The position numbers and the translations under genes were made by a program. The notes beneath the pieces are model-generated. The model ran no database searches. It worked only from the letters and a program-made list of their open reading frames with translations, and was not told the origin of the DNA. This document shows positions 9,966 through 20,072 of a stretch of 64,000 nucleotides of DNA, one piece after another. The stretch comes from a bacterium (GTDB lineage Bacteria > UBA8248 > JACPRG01 > G963555815), in the NCBI GenBank assembly GCA_965261595.1, contig CBDHDG010000007.1:864001-928000 (forward strand), in the 5' to 3' direction. Position 1 is the stretch's first letter. The number at the start of each line of letters is the position of its first letter.

Positions 9966-10469
9966 GTGATCCCCATCGTTGTCGGTCTCATGGCGGTGTT
10001 CGCGGCGGCGGCCGTGGTCCTTCCCTTTGTTCGCGGGGAAAGCGGCGAGAATGCCGATGACGCCGAGTCGCACCTTGAGGAGCTGCTCGAGAGGAAGGAT
10101 GTAATCTACGGCGCCCTGAAAGAGCTGGATTTCGACCGCACGGCCGGGAAGCTCTTGGATCCCGATTTTCTCCGGCTCGAGGCTCAGTACCGGGAGCGGG
10201 CCATCGGCGTCCTGCAGGAGATCGACGCGCTGGTGGAGACAAGGGATCCCGAGGCGGACCTCTCCGAGGCGGGCCTCTCCGAAGCCCTGGAGCGGGAAAT
10301 CCTGGCCCTTCGCAAGGCGGTTCGGGTGGAGGACCCTTCGCCCGAGACCGCGCCGGATGCCCGGGACGACCCGCCCGAGCCTCGCTTTTGCCGCGACTGC
10401 GGCGTGCCCGTCAACTCGACCGACAAATTCTGCTCTTCCTGCGGAACCCCGTTGCGTGAAACCTCCTGA
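9966..10469 (+). CDS. Membrane-anchored CcmI-N-like protein with C-terminal zinc ribbon
   Basis: TM, LKELDFDRTAGKL motif, FCRDCG...FCSSCG. Confidence 0.7.
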   Translation: MIPIVVGLMAVFAAAAVVLPFVRGESGENADDAESHLEELLERKDVIYGALKELDFDRTAGKLLDPDFLRLEAQYRERAIGVLQEIDALVETRDPEADLSEAGLSEALEREILALRKAVRVEDPSPETAPDARDDPPEPRFCRDCGVPVNSTDKFCSSCGTPLRETS

Positions 10470-10488
10470 AGCGGGCTCGATTCGCGGG

Positions 10489-11808
10489 ATGCCGCGCGGG
10501 CCTTGGCCGGCGCCGCGGCTCGAATTGCGATCCGTCCTGTTTCTCCTGTGCGTTGCGGCGGCGTTGGCCGCCCCGGTCCGGCCCGCGGCGGTCTGGGCCG
10601 CGCATGACGAGAAGCCGCCCGCCCGGCCGGGTCCCTCCCCGAAGGCTGTCTCCGAAACCGGCCGGGTTCACGGCCGGGTATTCAATGGGACGCTGAAACG
10701 GCCGCCCCCGAAGGGCGTGGAAGTGCGTTTGATCTCCTTCGGTGAGAAGGGCGTCACCCCGCTGGGCATCACGAAATCGGACGCCTCCGGCCGGTTCGTT
10801 TTTTCCGCCGTGAAGGCCCCCGCGGCGGGGAAAGGCCACCTGCTGGCCGTGACCCAACACCTGGGCGTTCCTTATTTCGCCCTTGCCCGGACCGGGGGGA
10901 AGGAGACCCGACTGCTCATTTTCGACCTGACGCGGGACCCCTCGAAAATCGTCGTCGAGGACCACCAGGTCCTGGTCCGGTACGAACAGGAGCGGCTGGT
11001 CTTCCGCGAGACCGTCCGCCTCGCCAACACGGGCGCGGCCACGTACGCGGGGAAGGACGGCGAGACCCTGGCCTTCACCCTGCCGGACGGTGCGGAATTG
11101 CTTCGGTCTCCGGAGGGGTTGAATCCCAAAGCGGTCAAGATGATGGGCCGCCGGGTGATCTCCGCCGAACCGGTCCGGCCGGGGATCAGGCAGGTGAAAC
11201 TGGTGTACGCCGTGCGCGAGCCTCCCGCCCAGCTTCCGGTCGAGAAGAGGTTTCAGTTCCGGACCCGCCGGTTCCAGGTCATGACGATGGAGTTCGGGAT
11301 GCGCCAGCCGCTCTCCTCGGACCTGAAGTACGAAGGCGTCTTCGGCGAAAACCTGGGAGACCGTTTCCACGTCGCTTCGAAGACGGACGTTTCTCCGGGG
11401 GCCCGAATCCGGTTCACGATCAGCCGGGACGTGGAGAGCAAGTTCGCCGAGACCGTCTTTTTCGTCGTCGCCGCCCTGGTCGTTCTGGGCATTGCCGTTC
11501 CCTTCGCCCTCCGCCGCCGCCGTGTCGCCCGCATCGCGGCCGAGAACACCGGAAAGAATGAGGGGGAGGGGGGGGGGGTGAAGCCGAAGGCTCCGCCTCC
11601 TCCGCCCGCGAAATCCGCCCGGGAAGGATCCGCTCCGAGCCTGACCCCGGCCGCTTCGGACCGGGAGCGGACCGAGGTTTTACGGCTGATTGCCGCGCTG
11701 GATGACGACCGGAAGGGGGGGAAGATTCCCGAGGGGGAATATGAAGCCAAGAGGGCGGCGCTGAAGCGGCGCGCCCTGGATCTCTCCAAGCGGATGGCGG
11801 GAAATTGA
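10489..11808 (+). CDS. Exported membrane-anchored hypothetical protein in the ccm cluster (carboxypeptidase-regulatory-like N-domain)
   Basis: Signal peptide, GRVFNGT..SDASGRFVF, TM helix, C-terminal IAALDD...GKIPEGEYEAKRAALK; start uncertain. Confidence 0.65.
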   Translation: MPRGPWPAPRLELRSVLFLLCVAAALAAPVRPAAVWAAHDEKPPARPGPSPKAVSETGRVHGRVFNGTLKRPPPKGVEVRLISFGEKGVTPLGITKSDASGRFVFSAVKAPAAGKGHLLAVTQHLGVPYFALARTGGKETRLLIFDLTRDPSKIVVEDHQVLVRYEQERLVFRETVRLANTGAATYAGKDGETLAFTLPDGAELLRSPEGLNPKAVKMMGRRVISAEPVRPGIRQVKLVYAVREPPAQLPVEKRFQFRTRRFQVMTMEFGMRQPLSSDLKYEGVFGENLGDRFHVASKTDVSPGARIRFTISRDVESKFAETVFFVVAALVVLGIAVPFALRRRRVARIAAENTGKNEGEGGGVKPKAPPPPPAKSAREGSAPSLTPAASDRERTEVLRLIAALDDDRKGGKIPEGEYEAKRAALKRRALDLSKRMAGN

Positions 11809-13376
11809 GTCTTTCGGCGCGGCCCGCCGAATCGGCCGGGGAAGAGATCAGTCCCGCCCGGGACGTTTGTCCCGCTCCCGGCGCCCGCCTCTCCGCCCGG
11901 GGCCTGACGCGCAGGTTCGGCCCGCTCGTGGCGGTCGAAGACGTGGACATTTCCCTGCCCGCCGGGCGCCTCCTCTCGGTGTTCGGTCCCAACGGCGCAG
12001 GGAAGACGACCCTGCTGAAGATGCTCTCCCTCCTCTCCCGCCCGACGGCGGGCCGGATTTGGGTGGACGGGGAGGAGGCGGTCCGGGGGGCCGCGGCCCG
12101 GATGCTGCGCCGGCGCATGGGGTTTCTTTCCCATCAACCCCTTCTCTACGGCCATCTCAGTCCCCGGGAGAACCTATTCTTCTACGGTCGGCTCTATGGC
12201 GTCCCCGGGGTCCGGGAGAGGGCGGAGGAGGTCCTGGCCTTTGTGGGGCTGGCCGATCGGGCGGACGATTCGGTCCGGGGTTTTTCCAGGGGGATGGCGC
12301 AGCGGGCGTCCATCGCTCGGGCGCTGATTCACGACCCCGACATCCTCTTTCTGGACGAGCCGTTTGCGGGCCTCGACCGGCCGGGCGCGCGGATGCTGAT
12401 GGACACCCTCGGGCGGCTGCGCGATGAGGGGAAGACGTTGGTTCTGACCACGCATCATTTGGAAATCGGACTCGCGCTGTGCGATGAGGTCGCCATTCTC
12501 GACCGGGGAAAGGTCCGGTTCGCGTCCGCGCGGTCCGGGGTGGACGCGGAAGGCTTCGCCGATCTCTACGAATCCCACACCACGGGAGAGGGAGGGGGAG
12601 GGGGGAAGCGGCGGAGGACCGTCGCGGTGGACGGGATGAGGGGGACGCATGAGGGGCCGCGCCGGACCGGATCGGCGGACGCTACGGCCGGCGGCCTTCG
12701 CGAGTATTTCACCCACGCGGCCGTTATCTTGTGGAAAGACCTCCTGTCCGAGCGCCGCTCCCGGGAGGAGATCGTCACGATGGCGGTCTTCGCCCTTCTG
12801 GTGATGGTCCTGTTCAATTTCGCCTTCGAGCTGGGGGAGCGGTGGAAGGCGTCGGTGGGCTCGGGGATTCTGTGGACGGCGTTTCTGTTCTCGTCTGTGC
12901 TGGGCATGAACCGGGCGTTCGCCATGGAAAAGGAAGGGGAGTGCATCCAGGGAATCCTGCTTTCGCCGGCGGACCGGGGGTCGGTCTTTCTGGGAAAACT
13001 GGCCGGCAATCTGGTGTTCCTGTGGATCGTCGAGGCCGTGAGCCTGCCGGTGTTCGGGGTGCTGTATGACTTTCCGCTGGACCGGCTGTTCCTCGTGCTG
13101 GGACCCGTGGTGATTCTGGCGACGATCGGGCTGGCGACCGTGGGAACGCTGTTCGCCTCCATCGCCGTCAACACCAAGGCCCGGGAGGTGATGCTGCCCC
13201 TGCTCCTGTTTCCCGTGGCGATCCCGATGGTGATCGGCGCCGCCGGTGCCACGACGGGAATCCTGGCCGGAGGGAGTCTGGCGGATCAAGCGGTCTGGTA
13301 TCGTCTGCTGGGTGTCTATGATGTGGTCTTTCTGGTAATATCCATCTGGGTCGTGGATTACGCACTGGAGGAATGA
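11805..13376 (+). CDS. ccmAB: CcmA-CcmB fusion (heme exporter ATPase plus permease)
   Basis: GPNGAGKTT, FSRGMAQR and LFLDEPF motifs, then in frame WKDLLSERRSRE...LLPLLLFPV-like CcmB. Confidence 0.85.
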   Translation: MSLSARPAESAGEEISPARDVCPAPGARLSARGLTRRFGPLVAVEDVDISLPAGRLLSVFGPNGAGKTTLLKMLSLLSRPTAGRIWVDGEEAVRGAAARMLRRRMGFLSHQPLLYGHLSPRENLFFYGRLYGVPGVRERAEEVLAFVGLADRADDSVRGFSRGMAQRASIARALIHDPDILFLDEPFAGLDRPGARMLMDTLGRLRDEGKTLVLTTHHLEIGLALCDEVAILDRGKVRFASARSGVDAEGFADLYESHTTGEGGGGGKRRRTVAVDGMRGTHEGPRRTGSADATAGGLREYFTHAAVILWKDLLSERRSREEIVTMAVFALLVMVLFNFAFELGERWKASVGSGILWTAFLFSSVLGMNRAFAMEKEGECIQGILLSPADRGSVFLGKLAGNLVFLWIVEAVSLPVFGVLYDFPLDRLFLVLGPVVILATIGLATVGTLFASIAVNTKAREVMLPLLLFPVAIPMVIGAAGATTGILAGGSLADQAVWYRLLGVYDVVFLVISIWVVDYALEE

Positions 13377-14164
13377 TTGTGACTTACGCCAAAGTCCGGG
13401 AATCGAGCCCCCCGGCAACGCCGCTGAAGGATCAGTGGCTGCGGTTGGGCGCGGCGGCCTTTGACAATTTGACCGTTACGGCCGCGCTGGTCCTCATGGT
13501 GGCGGCGCTGGCGTTCGACTTCGTTCTCACGCCGAACATCACCATCCAGGTCGGGAGCGAGACCCTGGCGCTGCCCGTCATGCGGATCTTCTACATCCAC
13601 GTTCCGGCCGCCTGGGTTGCTTTTCTTGCCTTCGGTCTCGTCATGCTCGCCAGCATCGCTTACCTGGCGACCCGGGTGCGGAGGTGGGACATTTACGCCC
13701 ACGCCTGCGCCGAGGTCGGCTTCCTGTTCTGCAGCATGGTTCTGATCACGGGTCCCATCTGGGCCAAGCCCATTTGGGGCGTGTGGTGGTCCTGGGACGC
13801 CCGCCTCACGCTGACGCTTATCCTGTGGTTCATCTACCTGGCGTACCTGATGATCCGCGCGCAGGACCTCGAGCCGGAGAAGAAGGCCCGCTACTCGGCC
13901 GTCCTGGGCATCGTCGGGGCGATCTCCATCCCCGTCAACCATTTCTCCGTGATGATCTGGCGGACGATTCACCCCAAACCCGTCGTGCTCACCGAGCAGG
14001 GGATCGGAACGGGTCTGAGCGACCCGATGTTCCTGGTGGCCCTGGGCCTGACGTTCCTGGCGCTCCTGGCCGCGTTCGCCGCCCTCGCCCGACAGCGCGT
14101 GGTCCTGGAAGAGTTGCGGGACGAGGCCGAGCGGCTGCGCTTCCGGCTGGACGACGAAAGATAA
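13373..14164 (+). CDS. ccmC: Heme exporter CcmC
   Basis: IFYIHVPAAW, WAKPIWGVWWSWDARL and RTIHP motifs. Confidence 0.95.
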   Translation: MIVTYAKVRESSPPATPLKDQWLRLGAAAFDNLTVTAALVLMVAALAFDFVLTPNITIQVGSETLALPVMRIFYIHVPAAWVAFLAFGLVMLASIAYLATRVRRWDIYAHACAEVGFLFCSMVLITGPIWAKPIWGVWWSWDARLTLTLILWFIYLAYLMIRAQDLEPEKKARYSAVLGIVGAISIPVNHFSVMIWRTIHPKPVVLTEQGIGTGLSDPMFLVALGLTFLALLAAFAALARQRVVLEELRDEAERLRFRLDDER

Positions 14165-14179
14165 GAAGAAAGGATCGAG

Positions 14180-14323
14180 ATGAGCTATCTGTTCGCCGCA
14201 TACACAATTGTCTGGATCATTTTGTGCGCGTACGTTTTCCGGCTGGCGAAGCAGGGCCGGGCGCTCCGCGTGGACATGGCCCGCCTGCAAGAGCGGTTGG
14301 GAGAGAGGGAAGGGAACGAATGA
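14180..14323 (+). CDS. ccmD: CcmD-family small membrane protein
   Basis: Manual ORF MSYLFAAYTIVWIILCAYVFRLAKQGRALRVDMARLQERLGEREGNE after an AAGGA RBS, directly after ccmC. Confidence 0.8.
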   Translation: MSYLFAAYTIVWIILCAYVFRLAKQGRALRVDMARLQERLGEREGNE

Positions 14324-14844
14324 GTCGGGCCGGGGGAAGAAAAGGGCGCCGCCTGCGGCGGGCTCTTGGCGTGACGGTCGCCGCGGCGGGTCTTTGGGTG
14401 GGGGTCCTTCCGGCGGCGGGGGCCGAGCCGCCGCCCGATCCGGTGGACGTGGCCAAGTCGATCATGAGCCCCGTCTGTCCGGGCCGCCTCATCGCCGACT
14501 GTCCGAGCCCGGAGGCCGAGCAGCTCCGGGAGGTGATCCGCCGCCAGGTGAAGCAGGGAAAATCGAAGCGGGAGATCATCGACTACTTCGTCGAGGTGTA
14601 CGGTCCGAGTGTGCGGCCCGCGCCCCCGCATCGGGGCTTTTTCCTGACAGCCTGGTATCTGCCCCTGGCGCTCATGCTCTCGGGCGGCGGGGTCATTTTC
14701 CTTCTCATTCGGATCTGGTCAAGAGACGAAGGCGGTTCGGGCGGGGGAGCGGGAGAAACCCCGGCGGTTGAATCCCAGAAAGATCCCGAGTACCAGAAGT
14801 ACGCCCGGAGGTTGGATCAGGAGTTGAAAGAGTACGACCTGTAA
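14320..14844 (+). CDS. ccmH: CcmH/CcmL-like protein (SPxC variant)
   Basis: MSPVCPGRLIADCPS...IIDYFVEVYGPSV..PP..GF..AWYLP. Confidence 0.8.
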   Translation: MSRAGGRKGRRLRRALGVTVAAAGLWVGVLPAAGAEPPPDPVDVAKSIMSPVCPGRLIADCPSPEAEQLREVIRRQVKQGKSKREIIDYFVEVYGPSVRPAPPHRGFFLTAWYLPLALMLSGGGVIFLLIRIWSRDEGGSGGGAGETPAVESQKDPEYQKYARRLDQELKEYDL

Positions 14845-14895
14845 CCCCTTCCGGCCTATCGCCGGCGAAACCGTGTCTTTCCCCACGACAAATAA

Positions 14896-14923
14896 AAGAG
14901 CGGCCCCCGAAGAGGCCGCTCTT
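14896..14923. terminator. Bidirectional intrinsic terminator
   Basis: AAGAGCGGCC-N8-GGCCGCTCTT hairpin between convergent genes. Confidence 0.75.
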
Positions 14924-14963
14924 CTTGCTTGATGGTTCGATGCCCCGCCGGACTCCGGCGGAA

Positions 14964-15410
14964 TCAGCCCTCCAGCTGCCCTTTCAGGTTGTCGCCGAAC
15001 TCCTGCCACATCTTGTCGGCCTTGCCCTTGATCACGCTGTGTCCGAAGGTCCCGAGCTTACCGAATACGTTCACTTCGGTCGTGGCGCTCAGCTCGGTCT
15101 GGCTGGGGCCGAGCTCTTTCAGGTTCAGCTCAGTGGCCGTCTTCAGGCTGCTCATCTTCCCCGCTTCGTCGCCCGAGCCCTCGGACCTCATGTGGGTGGG
15201 CGGCTGCCTCTCGACGATGGCCAGTTTCACTTTGAATTTGGCCTTGATGAACCCCACCTTCGCCAAGATGTCCACGACGTATTTGTCTTCATCGACCTTC
15301 TCGACGTTCTCCACCCCCGGAACGCACGCCGCGACCTTGGAGGCGTCCAGGAGAAAGTCCCAGGTTTTCTGAATGGAGGCTTCGATGACAATGGTGTTCG
15401 CGATCTGCAT
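14964..15410 (-). CDS. CoxG/SRPBCC family protein
   Basis: WDFLLD..VAACVPG and VFGKLGTFG motifs. Confidence 0.85.
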   Translation of the reverse strand: MQIANTIVIEASIQKTWDFLLDASKVAACVPGVENVEKVDEDKYVVDILAKVGFIKAKFKVKLAIVERQPPTHMRSEGSGDEAGKMSSLKTATELNLKELGPSQTELSATTEVNVFGKLGTFGHSVIKGKADKMWQEFGDNLKGQLEG

Positions 15411-15798
15411 GTTCGTGACTCCCTGCCGAGGGCCTTGCCGGTGGCCGCGATCATCGCCCCGTCCGGCGAGGTCCATCCATCCCCGGCAACCGATTCCTGC
15501 CGCCGGGTCCGGTCTGAAAGGTGGTTGAAAACGTTCCGGCGCGGGCCGCCCGCATGCAGTCCCGAGACCGGAAATGTTCGGATATGGAACAAGGATAGTT
15601 CAGGCCTTCGGGCGTGTCAACGGCGATCTCCTCCGCTCAGGCCGGCCCGGCCGGACTTGCTGAGTGGTCCGGCGGGGAGTAAATTAGATGTGTGGAACCG
15701 TTGGGCCGTCCCGGGATGTGGGCAAGCCCGTTTCGAGTGGAAGGATCGGTCTTCGGCCGCGTGCGGCCCAATTTCCAAGGGTTGGGAGGAAATCCGAG

Positions 15799-16125
15799 AT
15801 GTCGGAGCACATGCTTGAGTTCACCGATGACGAGTTCGACACGCAGGTGGTGAATGCCGATCTTCCCACGATGGTGGACTTCTGGGCCGACTGGTGCGCG
15901 CCCTGCAAGATGATCGCTCCGGTCGTCAAGGCGCTGGCCGAAGAGAACGCCGGACGACTGCGCGTCGGAAAACTCAACGTGGATGAAAATCCCAAGACGG
16001 CAACCCGGTTCGGAATCCGAGGAATCCCCACGCTTCTCGTATTCAAGGGCGGCGAAGTGGTCGAGCAAATCGTGGGCGTCCGCTCGAAGAAAGACCTCCA
16101 GAAGATCGTCGATCAGAACCTCTGA
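15799..16125 (+). CDS. trxA: Thioredoxin
   Basis: VDFWADWCAPCK and GIRGIPTL motifs; GGAGG RBS. Confidence 0.96.
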   Translation: MSEHMLEFTDDEFDTQVVNADLPTMVDFWADWCAPCKMIAPVVKALAEENAGRLRVGKLNVDENPKTATRFGIRGIPTLLVFKGGEVVEQIVGVRSKKDLQKIVDQNL

Positions 16126-16244
16126 GCCGTTCCCCCTCCCCCCTTCGGCCGGAATAGGCGGGGCAGGAGGAGGGGGAGGGCCGTTGTCCGCTTCCCGCGC
16201 GCCCGTCCCCGATCCGAGGACCCGATACAGATTGAAGCCGACCC

Positions 16245-17075
16245 ATGCCGCCTGATCCGGCGACGCCTCCGCTCCCCCGCGGCTTGCGGATTTTCTCTTT
16301 TTCCGGCGCAAAGGGCAGTCTGTCCAGCAGCGTCAACGCCTACCTCCTGGAAGGTGAGCGGCCCGTCCTGATCGACGCCGGGTTTTCCGGAAAGGACAGG
16401 GGAATGGAGGGAAATCTTTCCGCCTTCGGCGTCGGAACCCTGCTTCTTACGCATCTGCATCGCGACCACGCGGGCGGGGCGGGCGCGCTCTCCCGCGCGG
16501 GGTTCGGGGTCTGCCTTCACCGGGCGGAGACCCAGCTCTACGCGGACCGGATCGACGGCCTGAGCGGCGTCCGGCATCTCCGGGATGGAGAGACCGTGGA
16601 ATCCCCGCTGGGACCGCTCGTTGCGCTTCTCACGCCCGGACATGCCCGGGGGCATCTCTGTTTCCACTGGGAAGAGGAGGGGATCCTGTTCTCGGGGGAC
16701 CTGGTCACCGGCGAGCCTTCATCCTGGGTCGGGACGCCGGATGGCGACATGGCCGATTATCTGGCCTCATTGCGCCGGATAGCGGGTTTGCCCCTCCGGC
16801 TCCTTCTCTCCGGTCACGGCCCTCCCGTTGAAAATCCGGCGGAGAAGATCGAGGCTTACATTCAGCGGCGCCTAGAGCGGGAGGGCGATATCCTCCGGCT
16901 TCTGGGAAGCGGGGAGGCCGCCGTTGCGGACCTGACCCGCCGGATCTACCACGGCCGGGGGTTGAGTCCGGGGCTTCAGGGGTTCGCGGAGAAAACGGTG
17001 GAGGCGCACCTCGTCAAGCTCTATGCCGAGGGCCGGGTGAAACGGTCGGCCGAGGGCGCGTACGCCTTGACCTGA
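16245..17075 (+). CDS. MBL-fold metallohydrolase with C-terminal winged helix (LACTB2-like)
   Basis: THLHRDHAGG, TPGHARGH, FSGD and SGHG motifs. Confidence 0.9.
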   Translation: MPPDPATPPLPRGLRIFSFSGAKGSLSSSVNAYLLEGERPVLIDAGFSGKDRGMEGNLSAFGVGTLLLTHLHRDHAGGAGALSRAGFGVCLHRAETQLYADRIDGLSGVRHLRDGETVESPLGPLVALLTPGHARGHLCFHWEEEGILFSGDLVTGEPSSWVGTPDGDMADYLASLRRIAGLPLRLLLSGHGPPVENPAEKIEAYIQRRLEREGDILRLLGSGEAAVADLTRRIYHGRGLSPGLQGFAEKTVEAHLVKLYAEGRVKRSAEGAYALT

Positions 17076-17133
17076 CGAATCGTCCCGGACGTTGATATCC
17101 CATGTCGTAGGGTGGGGCCGTCCGTCGTGCGTG

Positions 17134-17841
17134 CTATGCGCCCTCCGAAGACGCCGGAAGGATGGCCCGGACGAGGTCGGCCGGGGTCCCGAAGCGGAAA
17201 TCCGCCTCGACCCCCCCCCCGTCGAAGCGGGCGATATCACCGACTCCCCAGAGGGCGACGCCCGTTTTCGCCCCCGCCGCACGGCCGGCCTGGATGTCGT
17301 AGGGGGAGTCCCCGACGACCAGCGCACGGCCGGACCGTTCCGCCGAAACGCCGGCCGCGGACATCGCCCGCAGGACCCCTTCCGGGTCCGGTTTGTATTG
17401 TTCCACATCGTCGCCGGTCACCGGGGAGGTGAACCATCCCGCGAGGTCCAACAGATCGAGCGTCCACCGGGCGCCCCGTCTTCCTTTGCCCGTAAAGAGG
17501 CCGAGCTTCACGCCCGCCCCGGCAAGACGCTCCAGCGCCTCTTGAACCCCCGGAAACAGGCGAATCCTGTCCGCCGCCCGGTGGTAGTGGCCGAAGAAGA
17601 ACTCCACGGCCTCGGGGAATGAAGCCTCCGGGATGTACCGGCGCAGCATCTCTTCCTCGGGCGGCCCCATGCCCCGGAAAAGCTCTTCCCGCGAGACCCG
17701 CCGGTCGGCGAAGCGAAGGAGGGTGTTGACGAACGCTTCGAAGATGACGTCCATGGTGTCCACGAGGGTCCCGTCCAGGTCGAAGATGACGGCGTCGAAG
17801 GCGGGGCGGTCCGTATCGGGTGCGGAGTGCGTCATCGTCAT
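17134..17841 (-). CDS. HAD-IA hydrolase (PpaX/Gph-like)
   Basis: FDLDGTLVD, KPDP and VGDSPYDI motifs. Confidence 0.92.
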   Translation of the reverse strand: MTMTHSAPDTDRPAFDAVIFDLDGTLVDTMDVIFEAFVNTLLRFADRRVSREELFRGMGPPEEEMLRRYIPEASFPEAVEFFFGHYHRAADRIRLFPGVQEALERLAGAGVKLGLFTGKGRRGARWTLDLLDLAGWFTSPVTGDDVEQYKPDPEGVLRAMSAAGVSAERSGRALVVGDSPYDIQAGRAAGAKTGVALWGVGDIARFDGGGVEADFRFGTPADLVRAILPASSEGA

Positions 17842-18117
17842 CGGGCCGAACTCCTCAAGTGAATCGGTGAAAGGGCAATCTCAATGTAGGTTGATTCGGT
17901 TGCGGTGAAAAGGGGAGCAAGGTGATCGAGTCCGGCCCCGAATTCTCTTTTCCTTGAACCGGGCCGGGCAATCTGTGTAATCTGTGGTTGAAAGGGGAAT
18001 CCGCGTCCCGAGCAACCGCCTGTTGCATCGTCATCGGGCATCGCGATTTGGTTTCTTCCTGTGTTTATGAACCTTCAGCGTAATCCGCGTATCGTGTGGA
18101 TCAAGAGAGGTCACCCT

Positions 18118-18765
18118 GTGGTCAAGGTCAAGATCTGTGGAATCACGAATGTCGATGATGCGGTGGCTGCCTTCGAAGCGGGGGCGGACGCCATCGGGCT
18201 GAACTTCGTCGAGGGCTATGCCCGCTGCATCTCTTGGGAAACGGCCAAGGAGATCACCCGGAACCTCCCCCCCCTGCTGACCGTCGTTGGGGTCTTCGCC
18301 GATGTCGAGGTCCGCGAGATTCGAACGGCCGTCCGAATCTGCCGCCTCGACACCGTTCAGCTTCACGGCGAAGAGCCGCCTCACGACTGTCACCTGTTGG
18401 CGGATACAGTCGATAACCCCATCCCCGTTATCAAGGCGTTCCGGGTCAAGGGTCCCGAGACGCTGAAGGCGATCCCCGCCTACCGGCGGGTCGGCCGCGT
18501 GATTCCCCTTCTCGACGCCTACGATCCCAAAGAGATCGGCGGGGTGGGAAAGACGTTCGCGTGGGACCTGGTCGCGGACGCCGAAGGGCTTCATCCCTTT
18601 ATCCTCTCGGGCGGACTCAATCCCGACAACGTCGCCGAGGCGATCCAGACCCTGAAGCCTTACGCTGTGGACTCCTCCAGCGGAGTCGAGGCCGAGCTTT
18701 GCAAGAAAGACCCGGAGAAAGTGCGGGCCTTCATCGAGAACGCCAAGGCCGCCGCTTCGGCCTGA
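18118..18765 (+). CDS. trpF: Phosphoribosylanthranilate isomerase
   Basis: [14 protein letters not shown] and [10 protein letters not shown] motifs. Confidence 0.95.
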   Translation: MVKVKICGITNVDDAVAAFEAGADAIGLNFVEGYARCISWETAKEITRNLPPLLTVVGVFADVEVREIRTAVRICRLDTVQLHGEEPPHDCHLLADTVDNPIPVIKAFRVKGPETLKAIPAYRRVGRVIPLLDAYDPKEIGGVGKTFAWDLVADAEGLHPFILSGGLNPDNVAEAIQTLKPYAVDSSSGVEAELCKKDPEKVRAFIENAKAAASA

Positions 18766-18782
18766 CCGGAGGGAAATCGCCC

Positions 18783-20072
18783 GTGAATCCCGAGGCTGCT
18801 CCCGCTCTCACGAATGCCGCCGCCCTTCCCGACGCCCAGGGGCGCTTCGGCGTCTTCGGGGGGAGGTTCGTTCCCGAGACGCTCATGCCCGCCCTCGAGG
18901 AGCTGGAGGCGGCCTACGGGCGGCTCCGCGGCGACGGGACGTTTCAAAGTGAGCTGCGCGGGCTCCTGGAGAAATTCGCCGGCCGGCCGACGCCGCTCTA
19001 CGAAGCCAAGGGCCTCTCGGCCCATCTCGGGGGGAGGGGGGGGGAGGGGGGGGTCCGGCTGTTCCTCAAGCGGGAGGACCTGCTGCACACCGGCGCGCAC
19101 AAGCTCAACAACACCCTCGCCCAGGCGCTCCTCGCCCAAAGGCTGGGGAAGAAACGGCTCATTGCCGAGACCGGCGCCGGACAGCACGGGGTGGCCGCCG
19201 GGACGGCCGCCGCCCTGCTGGGCCTCGCGTGCCGGGTCTACATGGGGACCGAGGACATCGAGCGCCAGAAGCTCAACGTCTACCGGATGGAGCTGATGGG
19301 GACCGAGGTTCACCCCGTCGATGCGGGGACGGGCACGCTGAAGGACGCCACGAGCGAATGCCTGCGGGACTGGACGGGCTCGGTCCGTGACACGCACTAC
19401 CTCCTGGGCTCGGTGGTGGGGCCGCATCCTTTTCCCATGATGATCCGGGACTTCCAGTCGGTCATCGGCCGGGAGGCGCGCGCCCAATGCCTGGCGGCGA
19501 CGGGGCGGATGCCCGACGCGCTGATTGCCTGCGTGGGCGGGGGAAGCAACGCCATCGGCCTGTTTCACCCCTTCTACGGCGAGCGCGGCGTCCGGATGGT
19601 GGGCGTCGAGGCGGGGGGGCTGGGGTTGGCGACCGGTCGGCACGGCGCTCCCCTGGGCATGGGCAAGCCCGGCGTGTTGCACGGCGGCAAGAGCTACCTG
19701 CTGTACGACGAGGACGGTCAGATCATCCCGGCCCACTCGATCTCGGCGGGCCTCGATTACCCGGGCGTCGGCCCCGAGCACAGTTTCTACCGGGATTCGC
19801 AAAGGGCGGAGTACGTCGCCGTGACGGACGAGGAGGCCCTGGAGGGCTTCGGACTCCTGGCCCGGACGGAGGGGATCATCCCCGCGCTGGAAACCGCGCA
19901 CGCCATCGCCCACCTGCCCAATCTCGTCAAGACCCTCGCCCCCGGGGCGGTTGTCATTCTCTGCCTCTCGGGGCGGGGCGATAAGGACATGGACCACGTG
20001 ATGCGATTGCGGGAAGAAGGGGAGAAGGCGTCCCCGCAAGGCGGCGCCGGGCCGGACCGGAGTCGGGACTGA
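18783..20072 (+). CDS. trpB: Tryptophan synthase beta chain
   Basis: [22 protein letters not shown] and [13 protein letters not shown] motifs. Confidence 0.97.
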   Translation: MNPEAAPALTNAAALPDAQGRFGVFGGRFVPETLMPALEELEAAYGRLRGDGTFQSELRGLLEKFAGRPTPLYEAKGLSAHLGGRGGEGGVRLFLKREDLLHTGAHKLNNTLAQALLAQRLGKKRLIAETGAGQHGVAAGTAAALLGLACRVYMGTEDIERQKLNVYRMELMGTEVHPVDAGTGTLKDATSECLRDWTGSVRDTHYLLGSVVGPHPFPMMIRDFQSVIGREARAQCLAATGRMPDALIACVGGGSNAIGLFHPFYGERGVRMVGVEAGGLGLATGRHGAPLGMGKPGVLHGGKSYLLYDEDGQIIPAHSISAGLDYPGVGPEHSFYRDSQRAEYVAVTDEEALEGFGLLARTEGIIPALETAHAIAHLPNLVKTLAPGAVVILCLSGRGDKDMDHVMRLREEGEKASPQGGAGPDRSRD

